Positions 8,810-17,194 of a stretch of DNA of 25,842 nucleotides are shown here, one piece after another. Source of the DNA: Candidatus Campbellbacteria bacterium. Its GTDB lineage: Bacteria > Patescibacteriota > Minisyncoccia > UBA9983. Made by a program: the position numbers and the translations under genes. Every line of letters starts with the position of its first letter. Within the stretch, counting starts at the first letter, position 1. Under the pieces are notes generated by a model that searched no databases, had not been told where the DNA came from, and saw nothing but the letters and a program-made list of their open reading frames with translations. The DNA lies in contig QIJB01000101.1 in assembly GCA_003231675.1 (NCBI GenBank), forward strand, positions 1 to 25,842, read 5' to 3'.

Positions 8810-10693
8810 CTATTCAACCACCTTCTCTTCCTCCCTGTTAAATACCGGGTCATTCTGCAAAAGTGTCGTCAAAGAATCTTTTTGTTCCTTAAACATCTCG
8901 CCGGTAAAATTATCACGTTCTTCTATGCTTGGAGATATGAGTAACACCGCCGAATTTCCTATTTGACTCACGCTCGGAGCCAAGGCAACTTGAAAGGAAA
9001 TCTCCTTCGCAGGACTGATAATGCCGGTTCCGGAAGGAATATTTCCGACATTCCAGACAACTTTTCCGGAAGATTCGTCAAAGGAAATATCAGCGTCTTT
9101 TTGAGAAATATTTCCCGTCCAACGAACATACGAAGGAAGACCCGCTTCTATCTTAACTCCCGAAAAATCATTCACAGCATCTCCCAAAGACCAAACAATC
9201 GTATAGGTTGTTTCTTTCCCAGCCCGTGGTGGCATTGGACCCGTATTTTTAAAGGAACCTGAATAATGCAGGGCCATATTCGCGAATTGGAGATGCGACC
9301 CGATTTTTACTTCTTTGCTTATTTCATTTTTAATTTCTTTTTTCTCAGCTCCTTCCATAACCGCGTAGCCTTTTATTTTACCGTTTAATTCAATGACAAA
9401 ATTTTTATCGGAAAGATTTTTAACGGGAAGGGGGTTAAGAATGGAAAAACTGAATCTTGCCCTTCCTGTTTCTCCCGGTTCAATTGTTGCCAAAGAAGGC
9501 ATACCGGAAGAATTCCAAACAAGTGTCTTGTCAAAAGTTCTGTAAAAGCCCCTGCTTACGGAGATGGATCTTTCGTCAAGAACGGAACCGAGAATTTTCA
9601 TTTCAATGGAAACATTTCTCATGGGAACGGCGAGGTTATTCTTCCATGCCACTTCAAAACGCAAAGAATCTCCGGCGAGAGCCGAATAGTTATCAAGGTT
9701 CTTCCCGTTCGCGAATAAATCCAATTCAACAAAGGGTTTCTTAACGATGAGCGAAGCGACTGACGCTCCATAGGGCAAAAAATCTCCCTCCGAGTTTTCA
9801 AACCCGACCGTGGCGCGAAACGCCTTTTCTTCAAGATCTTGACCTTTAACAACCCCTTTGACAGATATCTCTCTTTCTTGGGAGGAAGCCAGGTCGCCTA
9901 TTCGCCATGTATTGTTCATATCGCTCGGTTCCGGAACGGCGCCGGTAAAATGAAAACCTGAAGGATATTCCAGTCTCAAAACCAAGCCCCTGGCGATTGT
10001 TGAGGAATTTGAAACGATGCCGATTTTCACTTCCGTTGCCTGCCCGGCGTTTACCTCTTTGGGAACAGTCAAGGAAACTCCTATCGCCGGCCGGGAAATT
10101 TTAATTTTATATTTAGCTGTTTTCGCAAAAATCGCATTGGAGTGCGCCAAACGATATTCAAGGGTGGCGGTTACCGTTTTCTCTTCGTCCTGTTTTCCAA
10201 AGAGCGCTATTTCTACCGTTTTTTTTGCCGATTCGCCGATCCCCATTGAACCCAATTCATAGCGTTTGCGTTTCATCTCAACACCGTCCGGAGAGAAACT
10301 TCCCTCGGGAAAATCCAAAATTATATCCGCCATGTCAATTTCACTTTTATTTTTATTCAAAACCGAAACGTCAAAACCAATTACTTCGCCTCCTTTCGCG
10401 TAAGCCGGGCCTCTTATTTCCATCTCAATGTTTCTGGAAGAAATAATATTTGATTCGCCCATCCATAAATAGAGCAAGGCGGTTACGGACACCAAAAAGA
10501 AAAGGCTGGATAATATGAGAATAATCTTCAAAGGACGAAAAAGAGATTTCTTTTTTTTTCCTGAATCTTTCCAATAAGAAAGAGGGAGTTCTTCTCTCCT
10601 GCCATAAACTCCCGGTCTCTTCCCCCTGCCTTTAAATCTCTCGTTTTTTTGATAGAGGCGTTTCTTTAATCTTTTCAAGTTATCTTCTTTCAT
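8810..10693 (-). CDS. Membrane-anchored protein with multiple beta-sandwich/Ig-like (DUF11-like) domains; function unknown
   Basis: 627 aa; basic N-terminus, one TM (IILILSSLFFLVSVTALLYLW), then alternating beta-strand patterns. Confidence 0.7.
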   Translation of the reverse strand: MKEDNLKRLKKRLYQKNERFKGRGKRPGVYGRREELPLSYWKDSGKKKKSLFRPLKIILILSSLFFLVSVTALLYLWMGESNIISSRNIEMEIRGPAYAKGGEVIGFDVSVLNKNKSEIDMADIILDFPEGSFSPDGVEMKRKRYELGSMGIGESAKKTVEIALFGKQDEEKTVTATLEYRLAHSNAIFAKTAKYKIKISRPAIGVSLTVPKEVNAGQATEVKIGIVSNSSTIARGLVLRLEYPSGFHFTGAVPEPSDMNNTWRIGDLASSQEREISVKGVVKGQDLEEKAFRATVGFENSEGDFLPYGASVASLIVKKPFVELDLFANGKNLDNYSALAGDSLRFEVAWKNNLAVPMRNVSIEMKILGSVLDERSISVSRGFYRTFDKTLVWNSSGMPSLATIEPGETGRARFSFSILNPLPVKNLSDKNFVIELNGKIKGYAVMEGAEKKEIKNEISKEVKIGSHLQFANMALHYSGSFKNTGPMPPRAGKETTYTIVWSLGDAVNDFSGVKIEAGLPSYVRWTGNISQKDADISFDESSGKVVWNVGNIPSGTGIISPAKEISFQVALAPSVSQIGNSAVLLISPSIEERDNFTGEMFKEQKDSLTTLLQNDPVFNREEEKVVE

Positions 10694-10700
10694 ATTGGTT

Positions 10701-10709
10701 ATTATATCA
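10701..10709 (-). promoter_or_regulatory. Extended -10 promoter (TGA-TATAAT), 7 nt before ATG 10693
   Basis: Minus strand reads GTGATATAATAACCAATATG. Confidence 0.6.
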
Positions 10710-11240
10710 CAACATACTTTCTTTTATAGCCTTATTGATGGCGGATACCGCCTCTCTTTCGGAAAGTCGCTCGTTTTTATCCACATATCCCAATTCGCCA
10801 AGAAGAGCCAGTGAAGTTGAAATTTCAAATTTTCTCAAATCTCCGCCCTCCAAGCCCTTTTTCGCCAAAAAAGAAGCTGTCTCCTTTATTTGATTCCATA
10901 GAAATAAGTTACTGCTCTCGCCTTGAACCATTCTGTCCACGAGTCCGGCGAAACGCGAAAACGAAACGAGTTTTTCCGGGCTGAGAAGAATCGCCTTAGA
11001 GTTAAAAGACTCCTCGGCGTTAAGAATTTTCCAGTAGCCTCCGTTTGTTATCAGCCCAAAACTGGAAAAAGAAAAGAGGTCCAAGTTATAGCGAAGTTTT
11101 GATTTCAAATTGCGGACTCCGCGCGCCACCGCCCTTATTTTCCCGAAATCTCGGGTAAACAGCGTAAATAATCTGTCCGCTTCGCCAAAATCGGTCTTAT
11201 TCAAGACGACCCCCTCGGTTTGGTAAATGATATGAGACAT
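10707..11240 (-). CDS. recO: DNA repair protein RecO, short form
   Basis: TEGVVLNKTDFGEADRLFTLFTRDFGKIRAVARGVR...SKLR; probable start MSHIIYQ at 11240. Confidence 0.9.
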   Translation of the reverse strand: MSHIIYQTEGVVLNKTDFGEADRLFTLFTRDFGKIRAVARGVRNLKSKLRYNLDLFSFSSFGLITNGGYWKILNAEESFNSKAILLSPEKLVSFSRFAGLVDRMVQGESSNLFLWNQIKETASFLAKKGLEGGDLRKFEISTSLALLGELGYVDKNERLSEREAVSAINKAIKESML

Positions 11241-11251
11241 TGCGCAAATCT

Positions 11252-12073
11252 TTATTTCCAAGGAAATTTTATCTTAATAGGCAAGGCAAATCCTGAGGCG
11301 GCTTTATGTCCTCCTCCTCCGAATTTTTCCGCCATCTTTGCGACATCAATTTCCCCGTTTGATCTCAAGGAAACTCTTATGGTTCCTTTTTTATAAGACC
11401 AGACGACCCCCACCGTCTTTTTCCCTCCAACGAGCAAATGCCCCAGATCCGAAGCCCAAACGGGAGAATTAACGACCCGAACTTTTTTACCCAAAAGCGT
11501 CGCGTCCTCGGCTTTTGTCAAAATTCTGCCGATTAAGTTTTTGCGATACTTCATAATGACGGCTCCTTCGGTTATATACTTTTTTCTTCTCTCCGGCTTC
11601 TCAAGATCTGAAGCAATCCTGCTCCAAACTTTAAAGTCATAATCATAAAGATCCAGCGAGAGCGCCATTTCCTTACTGCGAGGAACCTTGAATTTCCAGA
11701 TATCCACGTCCTCTATATATTTCAAGAGCCGGGGAGTTTTTTTCTCGGGATGAAAATATTTCCAGCTCAAAACCGAACCGGAATGGTTGAGTTTAAAAAC
11801 ACTTCCGGGAACGCTTTCCACGACACTCTTCCCCGTTATGTGGTGGTCTATAATGACTACTTCTTTGTTCCCCCTGATTAACTCTTCCGTCAAAGGGGCC
11901 GTGTAGCAGAAGTCCACCAAAAAAATTTTTTTGTTCTTAAGTCCTTTGGGAAGAGGGGCGTGCTGTTCCACTCCAATGTATTCCGCTCTTTCCTTAAACT
12001 TCATCCAAGCCGCCCAAGCGGCGCCAAAACCGTCCGGACAGTTTTTATGGTATAAAATAACAATCGGTTTCAT
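11252..12073 (-). CDS. DHH/DHHA1 family phosphoesterase (nanoRNase-like)
   Basis: YHKNCPDG, LVDF, IDHH, SLRS...KFGGGGH motifs; probable start MKPIVILYH at 12073. Confidence 0.88.
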   Translation of the reverse strand: MKPIVILYHKNCPDGFGAAWAAWMKFKERAEYIGVEQHAPLPKGLKNKKIFLVDFCYTAPLTEELIRGNKEVVIIDHHITGKSVVESVPGSVFKLNHSGSVLSWKYFHPEKKTPRLLKYIEDVDIWKFKVPRSKEMALSLDLYDYDFKVWSRIASDLEKPERRKKYITEGAVIMKYRKNLIGRILTKAEDATLLGKKVRVVNSPVWASDLGHLLVGGKKTVGVVWSYKKGTIRVSLRSNGEIDVAKMAEKFGGGGHKAASGFALPIKIKFPWK

Positions 12074-12080
12074 AACTTCC

Positions 12081-12086
12081 ATTATA
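12081..12086 (-). promoter_or_regulatory. -10 box TATAAT overlapping the permease stop codon, 7 nt before ATG 12073
   Basis: Minus strand reads GTATAATGGAAGTTATG. Confidence 0.5.
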
Positions 12087-13272
12087 CAAAAATATGCCAA
12101 AGTTCATAGGAGGCGGCGACAGTGATGCCGATAAGGGCGATGATTTCAATAAAAGGGCGGGGACGCATACGTCCACTGAGATCCGCTCTGAGCAAGCCGG
12201 CTGAATCCCCTTTTTTGATTACCTCTCTTAATTTCCTCGCCATAAAAATAATAAAGATTCCAAAAACGCCCAGACCCACGGCTCCTATAACGGAAAGAAT
12301 GGACGCGAAGCCGACCGCCCCTAAAAGAAAAAGAATTAAGGGAGGAAGGACGACCAAAAGCCAAGCCGCAAACTTCGGAACCCCATAATCATATTTGAAT
12401 ATGTTTTTCATATCCTCTCCCATGGCGAGAAAAGAAGTGAAAACGGCAAGAAAACCGATGAAGGAACCGGCAAGAAGCGCCTTTAATCCAAGCACCTTGG
12501 AAAGTCCCGAAAGAGCGTCCGGTGCGGTATCCGCGCCTGATACGCCCATAACCGCTAAGACGAACAAAAAATAAAAGAAGGAAGAAAGAACGATGCTTAT
12601 TGCAATCATACGCTTAAAATGAGTCACCGAAGATTTTGCAAAGATGTCTCTCGCCTCGGGAAGAATGGCAAAAGCGCTCAAAGAGAAAATCCATATTCCA
12701 TAGGGTAAAAACCAATTTCCGCTAAAGTCAAAATTAATACCCGATAATAAATTCACCGCTCTTATCTCAGGAAGAGCGGTAAAGAGAAGATAAAGAACAA
12801 ATCCAAAAAGAGGAATAGTCAGATAAAAATTTATTTCGGCTATTTTGGAAATATTTAAAAGCAAGAGAAAGGCGGAAAGAATAAAGAAGAAAATTGAAAT
12901 CTCAAGTTTGTAGGCGCCTCCAAAAAAATTAGAGAGGAAAAGTCCTCCCAATAGGCCGTAAATAAGCAGGGTTCCGTAGTAAGTTGCCAGTGTCGTTAAA
13001 AAAGCGAATTGTTGCGCCCTCTTTCCCAAAAACATTCCCACATATCCGGTAAAGCGGTGTTTGCCTTTTGTCAAATGAGTAACTTCGGCGTATAAAAAGT
13101 GCAAAAAAATCATCAAGAAAAACGCCAGAACAAAATTAACCGTTCCCCAGAACAAACCCGCGCGGGAAAAGCCGTAAGGTAAGGCGAACATACCCGCTCC
13201 GAACATCATGCCGACCATCATTCCTATCCCTTTCAGATAAACTCCGGCACTAATTTTACTTTTGTTCATCAT
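12082..13272 (-). CDS. Amino-acid permease (aromatic amino acid/Trp-Tyr permease-like)
   Basis: GMMFGAGMFALPY motif and ~11 hydrophobic segments. Confidence 0.85.
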   Translation of the reverse strand: MMNKSKISAGVYLKGIGMMVGMMFGAGMFALPYGFSRAGLFWGTVNFVLAFFLMIFLHFLYAEVTHLTKGKHRFTGYVGMFLGKRAQQFAFLTTLATYYGTLLIYGLLGGLFLSNFFGGAYKLEISIFFFILSAFLLLLNISKIAEINFYLTIPLFGFVLYLLFTALPEIRAVNLLSGINFDFSGNWFLPYGIWIFSLSAFAILPEARDIFAKSSVTHFKRMIAISIVLSSFFYFLFVLAVMGVSGADTAPDALSGLSKVLGLKALLAGSFIGFLAVFTSFLAMGEDMKNIFKYDYGVPKFAAWLLVVLPPLILFLLGAVGFASILSVIGAVGLGVFGIFIIFMARKLREVIKKGDSAGLLRADLSGRMRPRPFIEIIALIGITVAASYELWHIFV

Positions 13273-13370
13273 ATTCTAAATTGGCATCACAAAAATTATT
13301 TACGAAAATAAAATTAACCAGAGGCTGAAACTTTGGCGTAATTTGCGACACTTGTTTTCCGCAAAAGAAT

Positions 13371-13943
13371 TTATTTGGCAAGCTTGTCTTTCTTGACGAG
13401 TTCAATCACTTTTTCAACCAAGCGTTTCGGATCGCTGTCAAAAACGACCTTCCCGGGACCGCGGTGAGCTCTCTCAATAACTTCTTTTATGGTTTCATCC
13501 ATTTCCCAGTCTCCCTCCAAGACTCCTATCGGTTTATCATCCTCAAAAGCGATGGTAAATTCATTGAGCGTTCCCATCCTCCCGCAGCCGACCAAAACGG
13601 CGTCCGCCGAACGGGTGAGCAGAAGATTTCTGCCTGAATAACCGAAACCGGTAAAAATAATCAGGTCAAGATATTCTAAGGGAAGTTTGTATTTTTCCGT
13701 ATGTTCTCTTTCGGAAGAAGCGGGAGAAATGCCGATTGAGATTCCGTCAATCTCTTTGGCGCCCATGGCTGCCCAAAGAGGAAAACCGGTGGTGGCTCCC
13801 GTAACCAAAGCACAATTATGGCGGACGACTTCTCTGCCCAACTCTTTCGCCTTTTCCAGCGCCCCCTCGCCACAATGACCTGTTTCAGCCGCTCCTGAAA
13901 CACATAGTTTAATTTTTAGATGCAAATGACGTTCATCACTCAT
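13371..13943 (-). CDS. LOG/SLOG family putative nucleotide-binding protein
   Basis: LVTGATTG, IGISP, TGFGYSGRN, GRMGTLNE (variant of PGGxGTxxE). Confidence 0.85.
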   Translation of the reverse strand: MSDERHLHLKIKLCVSGAAETGHCGEGALEKAKELGREVVRHNCALVTGATTGFPLWAAMGAKEIDGISIGISPASSEREHTEKYKLPLEYLDLIIFTGFGYSGRNLLLTRSADAVLVGCGRMGTLNEFTIAFEDDKPIGVLEGDWEMDETIKEVIERAHRGPGKVVFDSDPKRLVEKVIELVKKDKLAK

Positions 13944-13949
13944 ATTATA

Positions 13950-13958
13950 ATTGTATCA
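13950..13958 (-). promoter_or_regulatory. Extended -10 promoter (TGA-TACAAT), 6 nt before ATG 13943; its TGA is the upstream stop codon
   Basis: Minus strand reads TTATGATACAATTATAATATG. Confidence 0.55.
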
Positions 13959-15320
13959 TAAATCCAAAATAAATGAATCTCCGACTTTTGGAGCAATCGC
14001 ATCCACCCCCAAATGATCCCGCAATCGCTGAACAAAAAATAAAGATGATTTCGGTTCTCCTTGAACGACAAACACTTTTTTGAGAGTGTCAACGCTCCCG
14101 CTTACGAAATCAAAAAGGTCGTTCATATCCGGATGAGCCGAATAGCCGTGAATGGATTCCACTTTGGCTCTTACGGAAATGGTCTCCCCCAAAATCTTCA
14201 CGGTTTTTTCTCCCTCCAACAAACGCCTGCCCAAAGAGCCGGACGCTTGATAGCCAATAATCAAAAGCCTATTCTTCGGATCGGAAAGATAACGCCGTTC
14301 ATGATGAATTATTCTTCCCCCGTTTGACATACCGGATCCGGCGATGATTATTTTCGGCGCCGGGACATTATTGATTTGTTTTGATTCATCCGTTCTTAAC
14401 GTCATCTTTAGTCCGGGAAATTGAAAGAGGGAGTCCCCGGAACGAAGAATTTCCTTGGCGCGGTCGTTGTAATATCTTGAATATTTCTTGTAAATAATCG
14501 TCGCCTTTATCGCCAAGGGACTGTCAAGAAAAATCGGCACTCGCGGAATGCGACCGTTTTCAACAAGTTCGTCAATCTGAAAAAGGAGTTTTTGAGTGCG
14601 TTCAAGCGAGAAAGCCGGAATCATCAGGACTCCCTTTTCATGCACGGTATTCTCAATGGCTCTTTCCAGCTTGAGTTTGGTGTCAGTTGATTTTTCGTGC
14701 TCGCGGTCTCCATAAGTGCTTTCAACGCTAAGATAATCAATGTCGCTTATTTTCTCCATATCCCTCAAAATCGGATTGGGAGGATTCCCAAGGTCTCCAC
14801 TAAAGAGTATTTTCTTTCCTCCCCGAGAAATTTCTATCATCGCCGAACCGAGAATATGCCCCGCTTCCCTGAAATTTATTTCAAAATCCCCAACCTGCAA
14901 CCTGTTGTGATAATCAACGGTTTCCCATAATTTCATCGCGTCATCAACATCATCTTCGGAGTAAATTGTTTCTTCCTTGCTTTTTCTCGCTTCCTTTCTC
15001 ATCACTCCCAAACTGTCAATGAGCATTAATTTTCCGAAATCGCGTGTTGGAGCGGTGGAAAATATTTCCCCCTTAAAGCCCTCTTTCACCAATTTGGGAA
15101 TCCTCCCCACATGATCAAGATGGGCGTGAGTGACAAAAAGCGCGTCAATAGAAGCGGGATTGTAAGGGAAAGGCTCTTTGTTTCTTTCCTCACTCACTCT
15201 TGTCCCTTGAAAAAGCCCGCAATCAACGAGCATTTTCATTTTGTCCGTTTCTATCAAATAGTTTGAGCCGGTTACGCTTCCCGCTCCTCCGTAAAATGTG
15301 ACTTTAATCTTTTGATTCAT
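13956..15320 (-). CDS. Metallo-beta-lactamase/beta-CASP ribonuclease (COG1236/CPSF-like)
   Basis: GSVTGSNY, DCGLFQG, THAHLDHVG, AGHILGS, ESTYGDR, AGSGMSNGGRI, GYSAH. Confidence 0.93.
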   Translation of the reverse strand: MNQKIKVTFYGGAGSVTGSNYLIETDKMKMLVDCGLFQGTRVSEERNKEPFPYNPASIDALFVTHAHLDHVGRIPKLVKEGFKGEIFSTAPTRDFGKLMLIDSLGVMRKEARKSKEETIYSEDDVDDAMKLWETVDYHNRLQVGDFEINFREAGHILGSAMIEISRGGKKILFSGDLGNPPNPILRDMEKISDIDYLSVESTYGDREHEKSTDTKLKLERAIENTVHEKGVLMIPAFSLERTQKLLFQIDELVENGRIPRVPIFLDSPLAIKATIIYKKYSRYYNDRAKEILRSGDSLFQFPGLKMTLRTDESKQINNVPAPKIIIAGSGMSNGGRIIHHERRYLSDPKNRLLIIGYQASGSLGRRLLEGEKTVKILGETISVRAKVESIHGYSAHPDMNDLFDFVSGSVDTLKKVFVVQGEPKSSLFFVQRLRDHLGVDAIAPKVGDSFILDL

Positions 15321-15750
15321 TTTTTTTTAATTCTTTTTTAAAACCTTTAATGAAAGCAAGTCCGGCGAGTAAGCCACCGAGTAAATCAAAGAAGAGGTCT
15401 CCCATCGTATCCTGCAATCCAATTTGATTAAAACCGGCGACCGCTCCCTTGCCCGTTAAAAAATCAACACAAAACTCAAAAATTTCCCAACCGACCCCTA
15501 CCAACGCCGCAAAAGAGACGGCGACCAGCAAAAAAACGGGAAACGGCAAACGAATATCTTTCGCCTTTTTGGAATAGAAGACAAACCACGCCGCCACGAA
15601 CGCCAACCAAGCTCCCCCTAAAAAATGTAAAACATTATCAAACCACCATATTCTCCAATACAGGGAATAGTAAAGAGCAAAGGAGTGCAATAAAAAGATA
15701 AAGACAACCAACGCCACTGTAAAATACGCGAATTTTTTCTTTGAAAACAT
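15304..15750 (-). CDS. Small integral membrane protein (DUF2238/VanZ-like)
   Basis: Four TMs with WWFDNVLHFLGG, WEIFEF and DTMGDL motifs. Confidence 0.7.
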   Translation of the reverse strand: MFSKKKFAYFTVALVVFIFLLHSFALYYSLYWRIWWFDNVLHFLGGAWLAFVAAWFVFYSKKAKDIRLPFPVFLLVAVSFAALVGVGWEIFEFCVDFLTGKGAVAGFNQIGLQDTMGDLFFDLLGGLLAGLAFIKGFKKELKKNESKD

Positions 15751-15780
15751 TGTCTTCTTATTATACAGCAGTTCTTTCCA

Positions 15781-15812
15781 AAAAGAAAAACCGTCAAGGC
15801 GGTTTTTCTTTT
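15781..15812 (-). terminator. Intrinsic terminator directly after the ncRNA
   Basis: 13-bp perfect stem AAAAGAAAAACCG/CGGTTTTTCTTTT with a 6-nt loop; a U-tract follows the GC core on the minus strand. Confidence 0.85.
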
Positions 15813-15941
15813 AGATCGCCGGAAACGAACTCTCCCAGCGTTTCGCCAGGTGGGTGCCCGCATAGCTCCGCCAAGGCGGAACAGGATATAGGGCTCCCTA
15901 CGAGAATAACTTAGTCTAGGAAGTTATATCTCCAGCGACCT
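15813..15941 (-). ncRNA. ssrS: Structured ~130-nt RNA, probably 6S RNA
   Basis: The ends pair (AGGUCGCUGGAGA/UUUCCGGCGAUCU) using G-U pairs that exist only on the minus strand. It has a further stem, a central bubble, a GGGAGCCC/GGGCACCC closing stem, its own promoter and a terminator. The GGGAGC and GGCACCCACCUG blocks resemble 6S RNA motifs as I recall them (not searched). Confidence 0.7.
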
Positions 15942-15948
15942 GTCTAAA

Positions 15949-15977
15949 ATTGTAGCACTCTCGGAGCCAAGTTTCAA
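15949..15977 (-). promoter_or_regulatory. Sigma70 promoter of the ncRNA: TTGAAA-N17-TACAAT with extended -10 TG
   Basis: -35 at 15972-15977 and -10 at 15949-15954; predicted +1 falls 7 nt downstream at 15941, the first base of the terminal stem. Confidence 0.8.
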
Positions 15978-16027
15978 AGTCTTTATTCTACCTTAATGTA
16001 TAAAGACTTTACGGAAAATGTTCCCTG

Positions 16028-17102
16028 TTAGCGGTTCACTCCGCCCTCGCCGGTTTGCGCCTCATAAACGGACTTCTCCCCGCTCGGCAGTGTGTATTCC
16101 AGTTCGGTGTCGGATATCCAGTTCGGCTTGAAGCGGTGGGAGGAATCGGCGGAGGAGATTACTTTCTTTTCTTTGGTGAAAAGGTTGTACACGGTGAGGT
16201 TTTTCTTTTCTCCTTTCTCTCTCGCTTCCTTCTCCAATCGTTCAACCACTCCGGCGAACCCGGAAAAGGAAGGTATGTCGGCGTAGGCGACCCAGCCTCC
16301 GAAGCTCCACGCTCTTTCCACTCCGGCGGGGATGTCTTTCGGCAGGGGGAGGATGTCTGTTTTCCGCGTTTTCATTTCAATTCTGTAATACGCCGTTTCT
16401 CTGGCGCCGTCGTAGATGTCGCCCCAGAAATATCTTCCGTCCGGAGTGAAGATTCCCAATCCGATACTGCCCGGCATGACATCCGGATGTTTTTCAAGGA
16501 TGTCTTTGAGTTTCAGTTCGTAAACGTCTTCTTTGGTGTCCAGGTCCTTGATCACGAGGGCGTAGTCGTCCTTGCCGAGGTAGCTTTTAATGAGGAAGAC
16601 GTATTTCTCGTCCGGGGAAACGCGGAAGTCGGAACTGAAAAAATTTTTGTAACCCCTCATACCGCCAACTGAATCAGTATCTAATAGCACCAGTTTTTTT
16701 ATCCCCCGCATAATCATATTTCCATAGTTCCGCCCTATAACCAGCTAATGTTTTTTGAATAGTATAATCGTAATTAAACGACCTAACGGCATACACCCCG
16801 CATTTATGCAGTTCTATTGGGTGATAATGTTGAACTTGCAAAATATCTATTTGAAAATTAAATTTTTCTTTTTGTGATTTTTTATCTTTTATGCTTATTA
16901 TGGCCACGCCTTCTCCTCCTGTTGTTTCTTGTTGTTTGATCTCATAACTCGCCACCTCGTCCTTCCCCAAACAACCGCTCCTTTCGGTTTGCTTTGGGAA
17001 TTCACGGAGGACTGTTTTCCGATTTTGCGCGAACCAATACAGCCCTCCGGACGCCAGAAGGGCGAGAGCGATTAAGGTTAAAACAATTTGTTTCTTTTTC
17101 AT
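16028..17102 (-). CDS. Membrane-anchored secreted protein with TolB-like/propeller-type motifs, split by a frameshift at ~16694-16707
   Basis: ORF 16674-17102 has an N-terminal TM. ORF 16028-16717 has FRVSPDEKY, FTPDGRY and PNWISD. Removing 1 nt from the A7 or G5 run fuses them into 357 aa (WKYDYAGDKKLVLL). Confidence 0.6.
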
Positions 17103-17194
17103 AATGTTTTAAAATTCAAAACCCAAAGTTCCGGATTTGGTCGCTAATTTAACGATAACAATGCCGGATAAGGTTTGTTTCGTTCATTTAAATT

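Noticed and set aside
12140-12200. Small hairpin ggacg-cata-cgtcc and agccggct near the permease 3' end
   Set aside because: A 5-bp stem is expected by chance, and there is no evidence of an insertion.
16055-16672. 205-aa + strand ORF
   Set aside because: Antisense to a GC-rich coding segment; no start signals or recognisable motifs.
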